Translations under genes and position numbers: made by a program | DNA from: an uncultured delta proteobacterium | GTDB taxonomy: Bacteria > Myxococcota > Myxococcia > Myxococcales > Myxococcaceae | NCBI GenBank assembly: GCA_963796055.1 | Contig: CAWCKH010000004.1 | Location: forward strand, 2,976,001-3,040,000 | Length of the DNA stretch: 64,000 nt | Direction of reading: 5' to 3' | Notes under the pieces: model-generated | What the model saw: only the letters and a program-made list of their open reading frames with translations | Database searches by the model: none | What the model was told of the DNA's origin: nothing | Shown here: piece after piece, positions 39,016 to 49,199 of the stretch | How the letters are laid out: each line of letters opens with the position of its first letter | Numbering within the stretch: position 1 is the first letter of the stretch

Positions 39016-39119
39016 CTCGAGGTGCAGTGGCAGGCGAAGTCGTCGGTGTAGCCATCGGGACCACCGTGACGGGGTTGTTGACGGCCGGCGGGCACTCCGT
39101 TACGCGGACGGCCGGCACG

Positions 39120-39983
39120 ATGGCCACCTGGTTCAGCAAGAAGCCGCGCATCGCCCCGGTCAAGCCCGAGGAGGTGGACAGCCTCCGGCAGCAGCCCTCC
39201 CGGATGCAGGGGCTGTGGGCCAAGTGCGAGGAGTGCGACGAGATCATCTACCGGGCGGAGATCGAGAAGAACCTCAACGTCTGCCCGCTCTGCGGCCACC
39301 ACATGCCCTGGCCGGCGCGCGCCCGGCTGCAGGCGCTCCTCGACGAGGGGACGTTCGAGGAGGCGGACCGGGAGCTCGAGCCCACCGACCCGCTGGGCTT
39401 CACCGACAGCAAGCGGTACCGCGATCGGCTCCGCGCCACCCGCCGGGCGCTGGACGAGAACGACGCCTTCATCGGCGGCATGGGGCGGATCGAGGGTCAC
39501 CCCGTCTCGGTGGGGGGCTTCGTCTTCGAGTTCATGGGCGGCTCGATGGGCTCGGTGGTGGGCGAGAAGGTGACCCGGCTGTTCGAGCGTGCCACCGCCC
39601 GCCGGTGCGCCGCGGTGGTCTTCAGCGCCTCCGGTGGCGCGCGGATGCAGGAGGGCATCTTCTCGCTGATGCAGATGGCGAAGACCTCCGCGGCGATCGC
39701 TCGCTTCCGTGAGGTGAGGAAGCCGTACGTCTCGGTGATGCTCCACCCGACCACCGGCGGAGTGGCGGCGAGCTTCGCCTGGCTCGGGGACGTCATCCTC
39801 GCCGAGCCCAAGGCCCTGATCGGCTTCGCCGGTCCCCGGGTCATCGAGCAGACCATCCGCCAGAAGCTCCCCGACGGGTTCCAGCGCTCGGAGTTCTTGC
39901 TCGAGCACGGGATGGTGGACGCCATCGTCCCCCGCAAGGAGCTGCGGGCGAAGCTCGGGTCCCTGCTGGGCCTGATGGGCTGA
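39120..39983 (+). CDS. accD: Acetyl-CoA carboxylase carboxyltransferase beta subunit
   Basis: CEEC..CPLC Zn finger, FMGGSMGSVVGEK, SGGARMQEG, PTTGGV, GFAGPRVI. Confidence 0.97.
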   Translation: MATWFSKKPRIAPVKPEEVDSLRQQPSRMQGLWAKCEECDEIIYRAEIEKNLNVCPLCGHHMPWPARARLQALLDEGTFEEADRELEPTDPLGFTDSKRYRDRLRATRRALDENDAFIGGMGRIEGHPVSVGGFVFEFMGGSMGSVVGEKVTRLFERATARRCAAVVFSASGGARMQEGIFSLMQMAKTSAAIARFREVRKPYVSVMLHPTTGGVAASFAWLGDVILAEPKALIGFAGPRVIEQTIRQKLPDGFQRSEFLLEHGMVDAIVPRKELRAKLGSLLGLMG

Positions 39984-39984
39984 G

Positions 39985-41262
39985 ATGGACACCCCGCGGA
40001 CGGCCGAGGAGGGGCTCCAGTTCCTCGCCTCCCGCTCGCCGTCGACGGTGGTGCTGGGCCTGCAGCGCATGCAGCAGGCGCTGGAGGAGCTGGGGAATCC
40101 CGAGTCACGGCTCCGTTCGGTGCAGGTCGGGGGCACCAACGGGAAAGGGAGCACCTGCGCCTTCCTCGAGTCCATCCTCCGCGCCGCGGGGCACCGGGTG
40201 GGGCTCTACACCTCGCCGCACCTCGTCCGGGTGAACGAGCGGTTCGTGGTGGGTGGGGTGGCGATCGACGACCAGGCGCTCGGCACCCGCATCGTCGAGG
40301 TGCTCCAGAGGTCGCCGGCGGCGCGAGAGGCGACGTACTTCGAGCTCGGGACGCTGGTGGCGCTGGAGCACTTCGCCCGCGAGGCAGTGGAGGTCGCGGT
40401 GCTGGAGGTCGGGCTCGGAGGCCGGCTCGACGCCACCACCGCCGCGCGCCCCCGGCTCACCGCCCTCACCCGGGTGGGGTTGGATCACATGGAGTTCCTC
40501 GGTGACACCCTCCAGGCCATCGCCCGGGAGAAGGCGGCCATCTTCCGCCCCGGCGTGCCGGCGGTGGTGAGCGAGCAGCGGCCGGAGCCGCTCGCGGTCA
40601 TCGAGGCCACCGCCACCACCGTGGGCGCGCCGTTGTGGGTGGAGGGCCGTGATTTCTCGCTCGACGAGCTCGGCCGGTACCGCGGGGCGGAGCGAGCTCT
40701 GGACGGGCTGGCGCTCGGCCTTCACGGCGAGCACCAGCACCACAACGCCGCGGTGGCCGTGACCTGCGCGAATCTCCTGGTGCGTCAGGGGCTGGCGGTG
40801 GGCGCCGAGGCGATCCGCACCGGGCTGCAGCGGACGCGCTGGCCCGGGCGGCTGGAGCAGATCCCCGGCCATCCGCCTCTGCTGCTCGATGGAGCGCACA
40901 ACGAGGATGGCGTGGCGGCGCTGGTGGCGGCGCTCGATGCTCCACCCTACGCCGGCCGTCCGATGCACCTGGTCTTCGGGGTGGTCTCGGACAAGCGGGT
41001 CGAGCCGATGCTCCGGGTGCTGCTGCCCCGGTGCGCCTCCGCGACGCTCACCCGGGTGCCGACGCCCCGGACGCTCGATCCGGACGGGGTCCTCGCCCTG
41101 GCGCGCTCGCTCTGCCCGGTGGTGGGCGTCACTCCCTCGCCGGAAGCGGCCCTCGCCCGGGCGCGTACCCTGGCGGGGCCGGACGGGTGGGTGCTGGTTG
41201 CAGGGTCGCTGTACCTGGTGGGCGCGGTGAAGGCCCTCCTGGAATCCAACCCGGCCCGGTGA
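39985..41262 (+). CDS. folC: Folylpolyglutamate/dihydrofolate synthase
   Basis: GTNGKGST, YTSPHL, EVGLGGRLDAT, WPGRLE, DGAHN, GSLYLVG. Confidence 0.96.
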   Translation: MDTPRTAEEGLQFLASRSPSTVVLGLQRMQQALEELGNPESRLRSVQVGGTNGKGSTCAFLESILRAAGHRVGLYTSPHLVRVNERFVVGGVAIDDQALGTRIVEVLQRSPAAREATYFELGTLVALEHFAREAVEVAVLEVGLGGRLDATTAARPRLTALTRVGLDHMEFLGDTLQAIAREKAAIFRPGVPAVVSEQRPEPLAVIEATATTVGAPLWVEGRDFSLDELGRYRGAERALDGLALGLHGEHQHHNAAVAVTCANLLVRQGLAVGAEAIRTGLQRTRWPGRLEQIPGHPPLLLDGAHNEDGVAALVAALDAPPYAGRPMHLVFGVVSDKRVEPMLRVLLPRCASATLTRVPTPRTLDPDGVLALARSLCPVVGVTPSPEAALARARTLAGPDGWVLVAGSLYLVGAVKALLESNPAR

Positions 41263-41284
41263 GCCCCGGGGGCACGCATGGTGC

Positions 41285-42589
41285 TTGGCGCGGCGCAGCA
41301 CCGACCCTAAAGTCAAGGCCCGGATGCGTCTCCCCCGAACGCACGTGCCGGTCGTCCCCCCCACGGTCGACGAGGTTGCGTTCCGGGACCTGTACCGGAA
41401 GTCCGAGTACGGGGTGGAGACGTCCGATGGCTGGACGCTGATCGTCACCCGCTACCAGGCCGAGCCGCAGCCCTTCCACCAGCCGCTGCTCGGCGAGCCG
41501 CTGCTGCTGGTGCCCGGCTTCTCGCAGAACCGCCACACCTGGACCAGCGGTGAATTCGTGAAGAACCTCCTGTACTTCGGCCTCGACATCCACATCGTCG
41601 AGCTGCGGGGCCACGGCAAGAGCAGCCAGCAGCTCCAGCGCGAGCGCTCGGAACTGACCGGTCGGCCCCTGCCCTCGGACCTCGACTACGGCTGGGACCT
41701 CGACAGCTACCTGCTGCACGACCTGCCGGCGACGGTGGGGGCGGTGAAGGAGAAGACCGGGCGGCGGCGCATCTTCTACTGCGGACACTCCATGGGGGGA
41801 ATGCTCGGCTACGGGTACGCCGGGTTGCACGACGACCTGGAAGGGCTGATCACCATCGGGGCTCCGGCGGACCTCGGACGGGGATTCCCCCTGCTCCGTC
41901 TCCTGGCTCTCACCAGCCCGCTCACCGGCGCGCTCATCGACGCGGGGCTGCTGGCAGTCAACCTCCAGCGCCGGATGCTCGCCCTGGCCCGGCTGCTCCG
42001 GGCGCGGGCCGCGGCCTTCGCCCGGCTGCCCGCAGGAGACGAGCTGGAGCCCATCGTCGACGCGCTGGTCCGGTTCAACTACGTCCCGGTCGACGAGTGG
42101 CTGAAGCTGCTGGAAAAGCTCATCGCCCGGGCGGAGGTGCACCCGGTCTACGACGCGCTCGCCCGGCGGGTGAACTGGCTCAGCAACCCCAGCCGGGTGA
42201 GCGGGGCGGACATCCGCTGGCTGCTGCGCGAGGGCGGCGAGCGCGAGCCCCGCAAGGTGCTCGAGCAGTTCGCGCGCTGGGTCCGCCGGGGGGAGCTGGT
42301 CTGCTACCGGACCGGCTACGACTACAAGCAGGGCTTCACCAACATCGCCATCCCGATGGCAATCATCTTCGGGGACATGGATCCGCTCGCCTCGGTGGAG
42401 TCCACGCGCAGCGTGTACCGCGCCGCCCGGAGCGAGTACCTCCTCTGGCGGCCGGTGAAGGGCAACAGCCACATCGAGCTGACGATGGGGCACGACATCC
42501 GGCAGATCTGCTACGACGTGAAGAATCTGGTGGAGTACGCGCGCACGCACCGGACCCGCGGCCCGTCGCTCCCTCGGCTGCACTCCTGA
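41285..42589 (+). CDS. Alpha/beta hydrolase
   Basis: ELRGHG, GHSMGG nucleophile elbow, GDMDP, SHIE. Confidence 0.88.
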   Translation: MARRSTDPKVKARMRLPRTHVPVVPPTVDEVAFRDLYRKSEYGVETSDGWTLIVTRYQAEPQPFHQPLLGEPLLLVPGFSQNRHTWTSGEFVKNLLYFGLDIHIVELRGHGKSSQQLQRERSELTGRPLPSDLDYGWDLDSYLLHDLPATVGAVKEKTGRRRIFYCGHSMGGMLGYGYAGLHDDLEGLITIGAPADLGRGFPLLRLLALTSPLTGALIDAGLLAVNLQRRMLALARLLRARAAAFARLPAGDELEPIVDALVRFNYVPVDEWLKLLEKLIARAEVHPVYDALARRVNWLSNPSRVSGADIRWLLREGGEREPRKVLEQFARWVRRGELVCYRTGYDYKQGFTNIAIPMAIIFGDMDPLASVESTRSVYRAARSEYLLWRPVKGNSHIELTMGHDIRQICYDVKNLVEYARTHRTRGPSLPRLHS

Positions 42590-42660
42590 ACCCGCTGTAG
42601 GTGTGCGTCGTCCCTGGGCTTCTTTGGACCGACCGCGTCGGCGGGGCTAGCATCCGGACC

Positions 42661-44391
42661 GTGAGGAACGGCGCGCTCGGAGTGCTCGCCCTGGTGATCC
42701 TCGCCGGCGGAGCGACCCGCGCGGCGGACCCCCAGGTCAACACCATCAAGAAGGTCTCGGTGAAGGGTGGGACGGTGGAGATCGTCGGCACCCAGAAGCC
42801 GAGCTTCACCACCTTCCCGATGAGCGACCCGCCGCGCTTCGTCGTCGACATCAGCGAGGCGGTGTTCTCCGGGGTGCCCGAGGACGTGCCGGTCCCGGGC
42901 ACCGGCCGCATCACGGCGATCAAGACCGCCAGCTACGGCAACGACGCGAGCGCGATCGCCCGGGTGGTCATCGGGTTCGACCGGGACGTCGAGCCCGACG
43001 TCCAGGCCAGCGGCAACACCCTGGTGGTGAAGGTGGGCACCGGGACTGCGCCGTCGGTGGCCTCGCGCGCGGTGCCGGCGCCCGCACCCGCACCGCCCGA
43101 CAGCGCCCTGGCGCAGGGCCGGGCACTGGCCGCGGCTGTCACCGCGCCCCAGGCCAAGCCGGATGATCAGGCCGCACGCGAGGCCCTGGCGCGGGCCAAC
43201 GCCAAGGCGGAGGCCGACCGCAAGGCGGCGGAGGCCGCGGCGCTCGCCGAGCAGCAGCGTCAGGCGGAGCTCGCCCGTCAGCGCGAGGCGATCGCCGCCG
43301 CGGACACCGAGAGGAAGGCCCGCGAGCAGGCCGAGCGTGAGGCACGGGCCCGGGCGGACCAGGAGCGCGCCGCCCAGCAGAAGGCCCTGGCCGAGGCGCA
43401 GGCGCGCGCCGAGGCGGACCGGAAGGCGCAGGAGGAGGCGGCGCGGGCGGCGGCGGCGCAGAAGAAGGCGCAGGACGACGCCTCGCGGGCGGCGGCCGCG
43501 CGCGCCGAGGCGGAGCGCAAGGCGCAAGAGGACGCCGCACGGGCCGCGGCCGCCCGGGCGGAGGCGGATCGCAAGGCCCAGGAGCAGGCGGCGCGGGTGG
43601 CGGCGGCCAGTGCTGCGGCGCAGAAGAAGGCGCAGGAGGACGCGGCGCGGGCCGAGGCGCAGCGCCGGGCGCAAGAGGAGGCGGCCCGGGCGGAGGCGGA
43701 TCGCAAGGCCCAGCAGGACGCGGCGCGGGTGGCGGCGGCCAGTGCGGCGGCGCAGAAGAAGGCCCAGGAGGACGCGGCCCGGGTGGAGGCACAGCGGCGG
43801 GCCCAGGAGGACGCGGCGCGCGCGGACGCACAGCGGCGGGCCCAGGAGGACGCGGCGCGGGCAGAGGCGCAGCGGCGGACCCAGGAGGAGGCGGCGCGGG
43901 CGGAGGCGCAGCGGCGGGCCCAGGAGGACGCGGCCCGGGCCGAAGCGCAGCGGCGGGCGCAGGCCGAGTCGAGCAGGACGGTGGTCGCCCAGGCCGAGAC
44001 CCCGAGGCCGGCGGCCCGCGAGGTGAGCGACGCCCGCCCCGCCGCGCCGACCAGCGGTGGGGCCGAGGTGAGCAGCCGCCGGAAGACGGTGATGCTGGTC
44101 GGCTTCGTCCCGGACAAGTCGCGGGTCTTCGTCCGGACCAGCGAGCCCGTGCGGTACACCGTCTCCCGGGCGGACGACCGCACCGTGGTCCTGGAACTGG
44201 AGAACACCACCTTCCACCGCAGCAACGACCGCCGGCTGCTCGACACCCGGTACTTCGGCGGGCCGGTGGTGCAGATCGCCCCCAGTCCAGCGAGTGGCAA
44301 GACGGTGCGGGTCGCCGTCACCTTGCGGGACAAAGTGGAGTATCAAGCCCGGCAGGACGGCAACGAGGTCTCGTTGCAGTTCGCGCCCTGA
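42661..44391 (+). CDS. AMIN-domain protein with long Ala/Arg/Glu/Gln coiled-coil linker
   Basis: Signal peptide; FTTFPMSDPPRFVVDI AMIN; second AMIN-like domain at the C-terminus. Confidence 0.88.
   Translation: MRNGALGVLALVILAGGATRAADPQVNTIKKVSVKGGTVEIVGTQKPSFTTFPMSDPPRFVVDISEAVFSGVPEDVPVPGTGRITAIKTASYGNDASAIARVVIGFDRDVEPDVQASGNTLVVKVGTGTAPSVASRAVPAPAPAPPDSALAQGRALAAAVTAPQAKPDDQAAREALARANAKAEADRKAAEAAALAEQQRQAELARQREAIAAADTERKAREQAEREARARADQERAAQQKALAEAQARAEADRKAQEEAARAAAAQKKAQDDASRAAAARAEAERKAQEDAARAAAARAEADRKAQEQAARVAAASAAAQKKAQEDAARAEAQRRAQEEAARAEADRKAQQDAARVAAASAAAQKKAQEDAARVEAQRRAQEDAARADAQRRAQEDAARAEAQRRTQEEAARAEAQRRAQEDAARAEAQRRAQAESSRTVVAQAETPRPAAREVSDARPAAPTSGGAEVSSRRKTVMLVGFVPDKSRVFVRTSEPVRYTVSRADDRTVVLELENTTFHRSNDRRLLDTRYFGGPVVQIAPSPASGKTVRVAVTLRDKVEYQARQDGNEVSLQFAP
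43400..43970 (+). repeat. Intragenic tandem repeats (39-bp / 13-aa units and longer variants)
   Basis: AEAQRRAQEDAAR-type units; ends approximate. Confidence 0.9.
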
Positions 44392-44418
44392 GCCGGTCGG
44401 GGCGTTTCACGCCCCGCG

Positions 44419-47211
44419 ATGACCCCGCTCGGCCTCGTTCTCGTCCTGCTGGCACAAGCCTCGACCACGCCGCTCCCGGCGGAGGGCGAGCCGGTCCGCT
44501 ACCAGGCCGAGCGGGGGACGTCGGACGGACACGGCGACGTGCTCCACCTCCAGGGCAAGGCCGAGCTGCGCACCGACACCGCCCGCGTCCAGGCGGACCG
44601 CATCGACTACGACCAGCAGACCCGCATCGTGACCGCCACTGGCCACTGCTATGCGGTGAGCGGGCTCGCGGGCGCGGTCGCCGACGGGCTCACCCTCGAC
44701 CTGGACGGGAACTGGCTCCAGCTGCAGAACGGCCGCTTCTTCATCAAGGCGGACGTGGCCCCCGAGGCGCTCCTCCAGACCTCCACCCCCGAGCAGCTCA
44801 TCGCCACCGGACGCACCACGCTCGCCGCCCGGGTGGAGCGGGTGGAGCGCGTGGGCCCGGGGCACCTCAAGGTGAACGGGCTCGACTTCACCCCTTGCGA
44901 CTGCAACCCGCTCGAGCCGCACTGGAGCATCAAGGCCACCGCGGCGGACGTGCACCCGGGGGAGCGGGCGTGGCTCTTCCTCCCGGTCGTCTACATCTAT
45001 GGCGTGCCCATCCTCCCCTTGCCAGTGCTGGACGTGCCGCTGAAGCCGCAGAAGAGCGGGCTGCTGGTCACCACGCCGGCCCACAGCGCCCAGAACGGCT
45101 GGCAGGTGACGCAGCCGGTGTACTTCGCGCTGGCCTCCAACTGGGACCTCACCGTGACGCCCGGGTACACCTGGGGGTCGTCGACGCAGCCAACCGTCGG
45201 CAATGCCGCGCTGGGGGTGAAGGGTCCGAGCCTCGACACCGAGGTCCGCTGGGCGCACTCGCGGGACACGAAGGGGGACATCGAGCTGTTCCTGCTCGAT
45301 GACCGGCAGTTCCTCCGGGACCCACGGACCCTCGTCTACTGGGGTGCCACGCCAGAATCCCCATCGCTCTCGGGCGACGTGCTCAAGGAGGCCCGCAGCT
45401 TCCGGGGGAGCCTCAACGGTGCAGTGCTCCAGAACTTCGGGGCGAGCTGGTCGGCGCGACTGGACCTCAACATGGTCTCGGACGCTGCGCTGGTGAAGGA
45501 CACCACCACCGACGTGGCCCAGCAGGCGAACCAGTACCTGCGGAGCTCCGCCGTTCTGAGCCGCCGCACCCCGGACAGCATCCTCTCGTTCGAAGTGACC
45601 GCGCGGCAGGACATCGCCTGGGGCGGGTTCTCGGCGTTCGACAACGACACCTGGCCCTACCCGACGACCGGGCTCGATCCGCACCAGGACAACTCGACGC
45701 ACCAGCCGGACTCGGTGGATCCCAGTCTCACCCGCGGCCAGTGGCTCCGCGGCCCGGCGACGTTGCAACGGCTGCCCACCGTCCATCTCGATCTGCCGAC
45801 CCGGCCGCTCGGGGAGCACCTCGACTGGTCGCTGAGCGCGGACTTCACCCGCCTCGCGCCGTTCAACGGCCACTCGGGAGACGAGGGCGTCGACGGGCTG
45901 TATCAGCTCGGTGGCCGGGGACAGCCGCCGCCGACGCTGGTCGACCCCACGACTGGCCAGCCAAACGCGGTGTGCCCGGGCAACACCCGCAGCGACCTCC
46001 TCACCCAAGGTGACCGCGTTTGGCAGTGCGGGGAGCGCGAGGCACGCCTGCGGCTCGACCTCGTGCCGCGCCTCTCGGGGAACGTCGGGGTGGGGGACTG
46101 GCTGCGGATCCGCCCGAGCGTGTGGATCCGCCAGGACCTCTATCTCGGCGAGGTCACCCGCACCACCGACCAGCGCGGCTATGTGGTGGGCGACGTGCTC
46201 GTCTCCAGCGAGCTCTCCCGCACCTTCGCCAACGGGCTCCGCCATGCCATCCAGCCGAGCCTCGAGTACCGGGAGATTCCCGGCCAATGGGGCGCCGTGC
46301 CGGGCAACCGGCCCACCGGCCCCAACCAGCCGGTCGAGAACCGCTTCTACGACGAGCTGGACGGGGCGCTGATGGACGTGCGGTTGCGGCAAGGCGTGGC
46401 CCGGCTCACGCAGACGCTGAGCCGCCGGACCGGAGCGGTGATGCAGGAGCTGCTCCGGGTGGAGATCGCCCAGGAGTTCGACTTCCACCAGGACAATGGC
46501 CTCGGCGACACGGTGGTCAGCGCCCGCGCGGCGTACGCGCCCTTCAGCGCGGGACTCACCTTCCGCTACGACAGCCAGCGCAGCTCCCCGGCCCTCTGGG
46601 CGGCCTTCGCCTCGTTCCAGATTCCCCGGTTCGGCACCACCCTCCGCTTCGACCAGCTGTTCGTCCCGGTGCAGTTCTTCGACCGGGATGTCTATGGGGC
46701 CTTCGCGCAGAACCTGCCCGCGGCGGCGATCTCCGGGGAGGACCTGGGACGCTGGGGCGGCGCGGGCAACATGCGCCAGGGGATCGACGCGCTCGTGGGC
46801 TCTCCGGTGCCCGCCGGATTCCAGAATGGCCAGCGCCAGAGCGCCATCACCCTCGAGGCGCACGTGAACCTGGTCTTCGGGCTGGGACTCACCTACTCGG
46901 GCACCCTCTACCCCGGGGCGACCTGGACGCTTCGTGATGCCACCGGCGCCCTCATCGACGCGCCGAACGGCGAGGCCAGGAAGGTCACCGGGAGCTACAG
47001 CCTGCTCGGGCAGCAGAACTTCGGGATCTCCTTCGCCCCGGCGTGCAACTGCTGGCGGCTGGACGTCATCGGCCGGCTGCCGCCCCCGTTCGGGCAGTAC
47101 GTCCAGGACCCCCCGGGGGGGCCCTACGTGCGGAGCACCTTCAACTGGCGATTTCCCGACCTCATCTTTCTGCTGACGATCCAGAACTTCGGCACGTTCG
47201 GCGCGAGCTAG
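44419..47211 (+). CDS. lptD: LPS-assembly protein LptD-like outer membrane protein
   Basis: OstA-like N-terminus (QADRIDYD), FTPCDC..PHWSI, GVPILPLP, KSGLL, C-terminal CNCW. Confidence 0.8.
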   Translation: MTPLGLVLVLLAQASTTPLPAEGEPVRYQAERGTSDGHGDVLHLQGKAELRTDTARVQADRIDYDQQTRIVTATGHCYAVSGLAGAVADGLTLDLDGNWLQLQNGRFFIKADVAPEALLQTSTPEQLIATGRTTLAARVERVERVGPGHLKVNGLDFTPCDCNPLEPHWSIKATAADVHPGERAWLFLPVVYIYGVPILPLPVLDVPLKPQKSGLLVTTPAHSAQNGWQVTQPVYFALASNWDLTVTPGYTWGSSTQPTVGNAALGVKGPSLDTEVRWAHSRDTKGDIELFLLDDRQFLRDPRTLVYWGATPESPSLSGDVLKEARSFRGSLNGAVLQNFGASWSARLDLNMVSDAALVKDTTTDVAQQANQYLRSSAVLSRRTPDSILSFEVTARQDIAWGGFSAFDNDTWPYPTTGLDPHQDNSTHQPDSVDPSLTRGQWLRGPATLQRLPTVHLDLPTRPLGEHLDWSLSADFTRLAPFNGHSGDEGVDGLYQLGGRGQPPPTLVDPTTGQPNAVCPGNTRSDLLTQGDRVWQCGEREARLRLDLVPRLSGNVGVGDWLRIRPSVWIRQDLYLGEVTRTTDQRGYVVGDVLVSSELSRTFANGLRHAIQPSLEYREIPGQWGAVPGNRPTGPNQPVENRFYDELDGALMDVRLRQGVARLTQTLSRRTGAVMQELLRVEIAQEFDFHQDNGLGDTVVSARAAYAPFSAGLTFRYDSQRSSPALWAAFASFQIPRFGTTLRFDQLFVPVQFFDRDVYGAFAQNLPAAAISGEDLGRWGGAGNMRQGIDALVGSPVPAGFQNGQRQSAITLEAHVNLVFGLGLTYSGTLYPGATWTLRDATGALIDAPNGEARKVTGSYSLLGQQNFGISFAPACNCWRLDVIGRLPPPFGQYVQDPPGGPYVRSTFNWRFPDLIFLLTIQNFGTFGAS

Positions 47212-47328
47212 TTCCCGGAGTGTGCCGCTGGACAACGGAGCGGCTTTGCAGGAGCTTTGCTCAGAGTCCGAGCCGGAAGCTCCCATCGTCGTTGCAGAAC
47301 TGGATTTTCCAGACTTTCGAGGCACACC

Positions 47329-47685
47329 GTGTCTGACATCGGCAAGCGCATTGGTCGAAGAATTCGCGACCTCCGCACCCAGCGGCAAGACCGCTGGACG
47401 CAGGAGGACCTGGCCGAGCGGGCGAAGATCAGCGTGTCGTTCCTCTCGATGATCGAGCGCGGTGAACGCGTGGCGCACGTCGAGACGCTGGCCTCCCTCG
47501 CAGAGGCACTGGGAGTGAGCCTGGCGGAGCTGTTCGTCGAGCCCACCCCCCAGGGAACCAATGGCGAGGAGCTCCTCCGCCCCATCTCCGAGTTCGTCCG
47601 GTCACGGCACCTGGACAGCCGGGACGTGGAGAAGCTGCTCGGCGTGGCCCGGGCCATGTTCGCCACCCAGGCCAGCACCGTCTGA
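47329..47685 (+). CDS. XRE-family HTH regulator
   Basis: IGRRIRDLR..WTQEDLAERAKISVSFLSMIERG. Confidence 0.92.
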   Translation: MSDIGKRIGRRIRDLRTQRQDRWTQEDLAERAKISVSFLSMIERGERVAHVETLASLAEALGVSLAELFVEPTPQGTNGEELLRPISEFVRSRHLDSRDVEKLLGVARAMFATQASTV

Positions 47686-47710
47686 GCGGGTCGGCTGCCA
47701 TCGCCCTCGC

Positions 47711-47761
47711 TTGACCGCCCGGACGGCGCCCCCTAGCGTCCCGGCGCTGACTTTCGAGTCA
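47711..47761 (+). promoter_or_regulatory. Sigma70-type promoter and palindromic operator
   Basis: TTGACC-17 nt-TAGCGT (47711-47739); TGACT-TTCG-AGTCA (47748-47761). Confidence 0.7.
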
Positions 47762-47779
47762 ACCGAGGGGGAGACACCG

Positions 47780-48469
47780 GTGGCGGGAACCAAGGCCAGC
47801 ACCGCGGCAGAGGAACGCGACCGGGACCGCCGGAAGACCATCCTCCGGGCTGCGGTGGAGGTGTTCGCGCGCAAGGGCTACCACGGGTGCCGCATCGCCG
47901 ACGTGGCCCGGGAGGCGGGCGTCGCGTACGGCCTCGTCTACCACTACTTCCGGAACAAGGAGGAGCTGCTCCAGCTGGTGTTCGAGGCCGGGTGGGGCGG
48001 CTTCCTGGCGCGCATCCGCGACGCCGCGGAGGCCAGCGCGCCGCTGGAGCAGAAGATCCACCGCATCGCCCAGGTCGCCTTCGAGGCCTACCGCATCGAC
48101 CCGCGGGGAGTGCGGGTCCTGGTGCTGGAGTTCGCCCGCAGCCCCAGCGCCGGAGAGGCCAACCGGCGCACCGCCTTCGCCGAGGTGCTGGGGGTCATCA
48201 CCCGGATGTTCGAGCGCGCCCGTGCCCGTGGCGAGCTCCGGGCCGGGCTCGAGCCGGCGCTCTGCGCGGCGATGCTCTTCGGCTCGGTGGAGATGAGCCT
48301 CACTGGCTTCGTGATGGGGCTGCTCGACCCGAAGCAGGCCGGTCTGCTCGCCCACGCGCAGGAGCAGCTCAGCTCCCTGTTCCTGGACGGCGCCCGTGCG
48401 GCTCCGGAGGACGCCCGATGGAAGAAGGACCGGTCCGGTCCGAAGTTGAAGACGGTCAAGCGCTCCTGA
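47780..48469 (+). CDS. TetR/AcrR-family regulator
   Basis: ILRAAVEVFARKGY..IADVAREAGVAYGLVYHYFRNKEELL. Confidence 0.95.
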   Translation: MAGTKASTAAEERDRDRRKTILRAAVEVFARKGYHGCRIADVAREAGVAYGLVYHYFRNKEELLQLVFEAGWGGFLARIRDAAEASAPLEQKIHRIAQVAFEAYRIDPRGVRVLVLEFARSPSAGEANRRTAFAEVLGVITRMFERARARGELRAGLEPALCAAMLFGSVEMSLTGFVMGLLDPKQAGLLAHAQEQLSSLFLDGARAAPEDARWKKDRSGPKLKTVKRS

Positions 48470-49197
48470 CCATCGACCGTCCGGCGGCACGTAACGCGCT
48501 CTCCCCCGAGGTGGTGGAGGGGCTGCGGGCCGCGCTGTCCCGCGCCGAGGCCGATCCCTCGGTCCGGGTGGTGGTCCTCACCGGGGCGGGGGACCGGGTC
48601 TTCTCCGCCGGCGGCGATCTGTCGGCCATGCCGGAGGGCGGAGCCCTCGCCGGCCACGCGCTGCGGCGGGCCTACGGGGCCCTCCTCGAGGCGCTGGCCG
48701 CCTCGGTGCTCCCCACCGTGGCCCGGGTGAACGGTCACGCGCTCGCGGGTGGTCTCGGCCTGGTGCTGGCCTGCGACCTGGCGGTGGCGGTGGACACGGC
48801 GGAGCTGGGCACCCCGGAGGTGGATGTCGGGCTCTTCCCGATGATGGTGCTCGCCTGGCTCCAGCGGCACGTCGGGCGCAAGCGGGCGCTGGAGCTGCTC
48901 CTCACCGGCGACCGGCTGAAGGCCGACGAGGCGCTGCGCTGGGGGCTGGTCAACCGCGTCGTGCCGCGGGCCGAGCTGGACGCGGCCACCCGCGCCCTCG
49001 CCGCCCGGGTGGCGGGGAAGAGCCGGGCCGTCCTCGCGCTCGGCAAGGCCGCCTTCCGGAGCGCGGACGGCATGTCCGTCCCCGAGGCGATGGACTTCCT
49101 CGCCGGGCAGCTCTCGCTCAACCTGGGCACCGAGGACGCCGCGGAGGGCATCACGGCCTTCCTCGAGCGCCGTCCTCCCCGCTGGAAGGATCGCTGA
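48418..49197 (+). CDS. Enoyl-CoA hydratase/isomerase
   Basis: DRPAARNAL, FSAGGDL, VNGHALAGG, GTPEVDVG, EGITAFLERR. Confidence 0.93.
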   Translation: MEEGPVRSEVEDGQALLTIDRPAARNALSPEVVEGLRAALSRAEADPSVRVVVLTGAGDRVFSAGGDLSAMPEGGALAGHALRRAYGALLEALAASVLPTVARVNGHALAGGLGLVLACDLAVAVDTAELGTPEVDVGLFPMMVLAWLQRHVGRKRALELLLTGDRLKADEALRWGLVNRVVPRAELDAATRALAARVAGKSRAVLALGKAAFRSADGMSVPEAMDFLAGQLSLNLGTEDAAEGITAFLERRPPRWKDR

Positions 49198-49199
49198 CC

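Noticed and set aside
43400..43970. Regular ~39-bp repeats as a CRISPR or other non-coding array
   Set aside because: In-frame coding repeats with no unique spacers and no cas genes
44407..47478. 1023-aa minus-strand ORF
   Set aside because: Antisense shadow of lptD in high-GC DNA; no motifs
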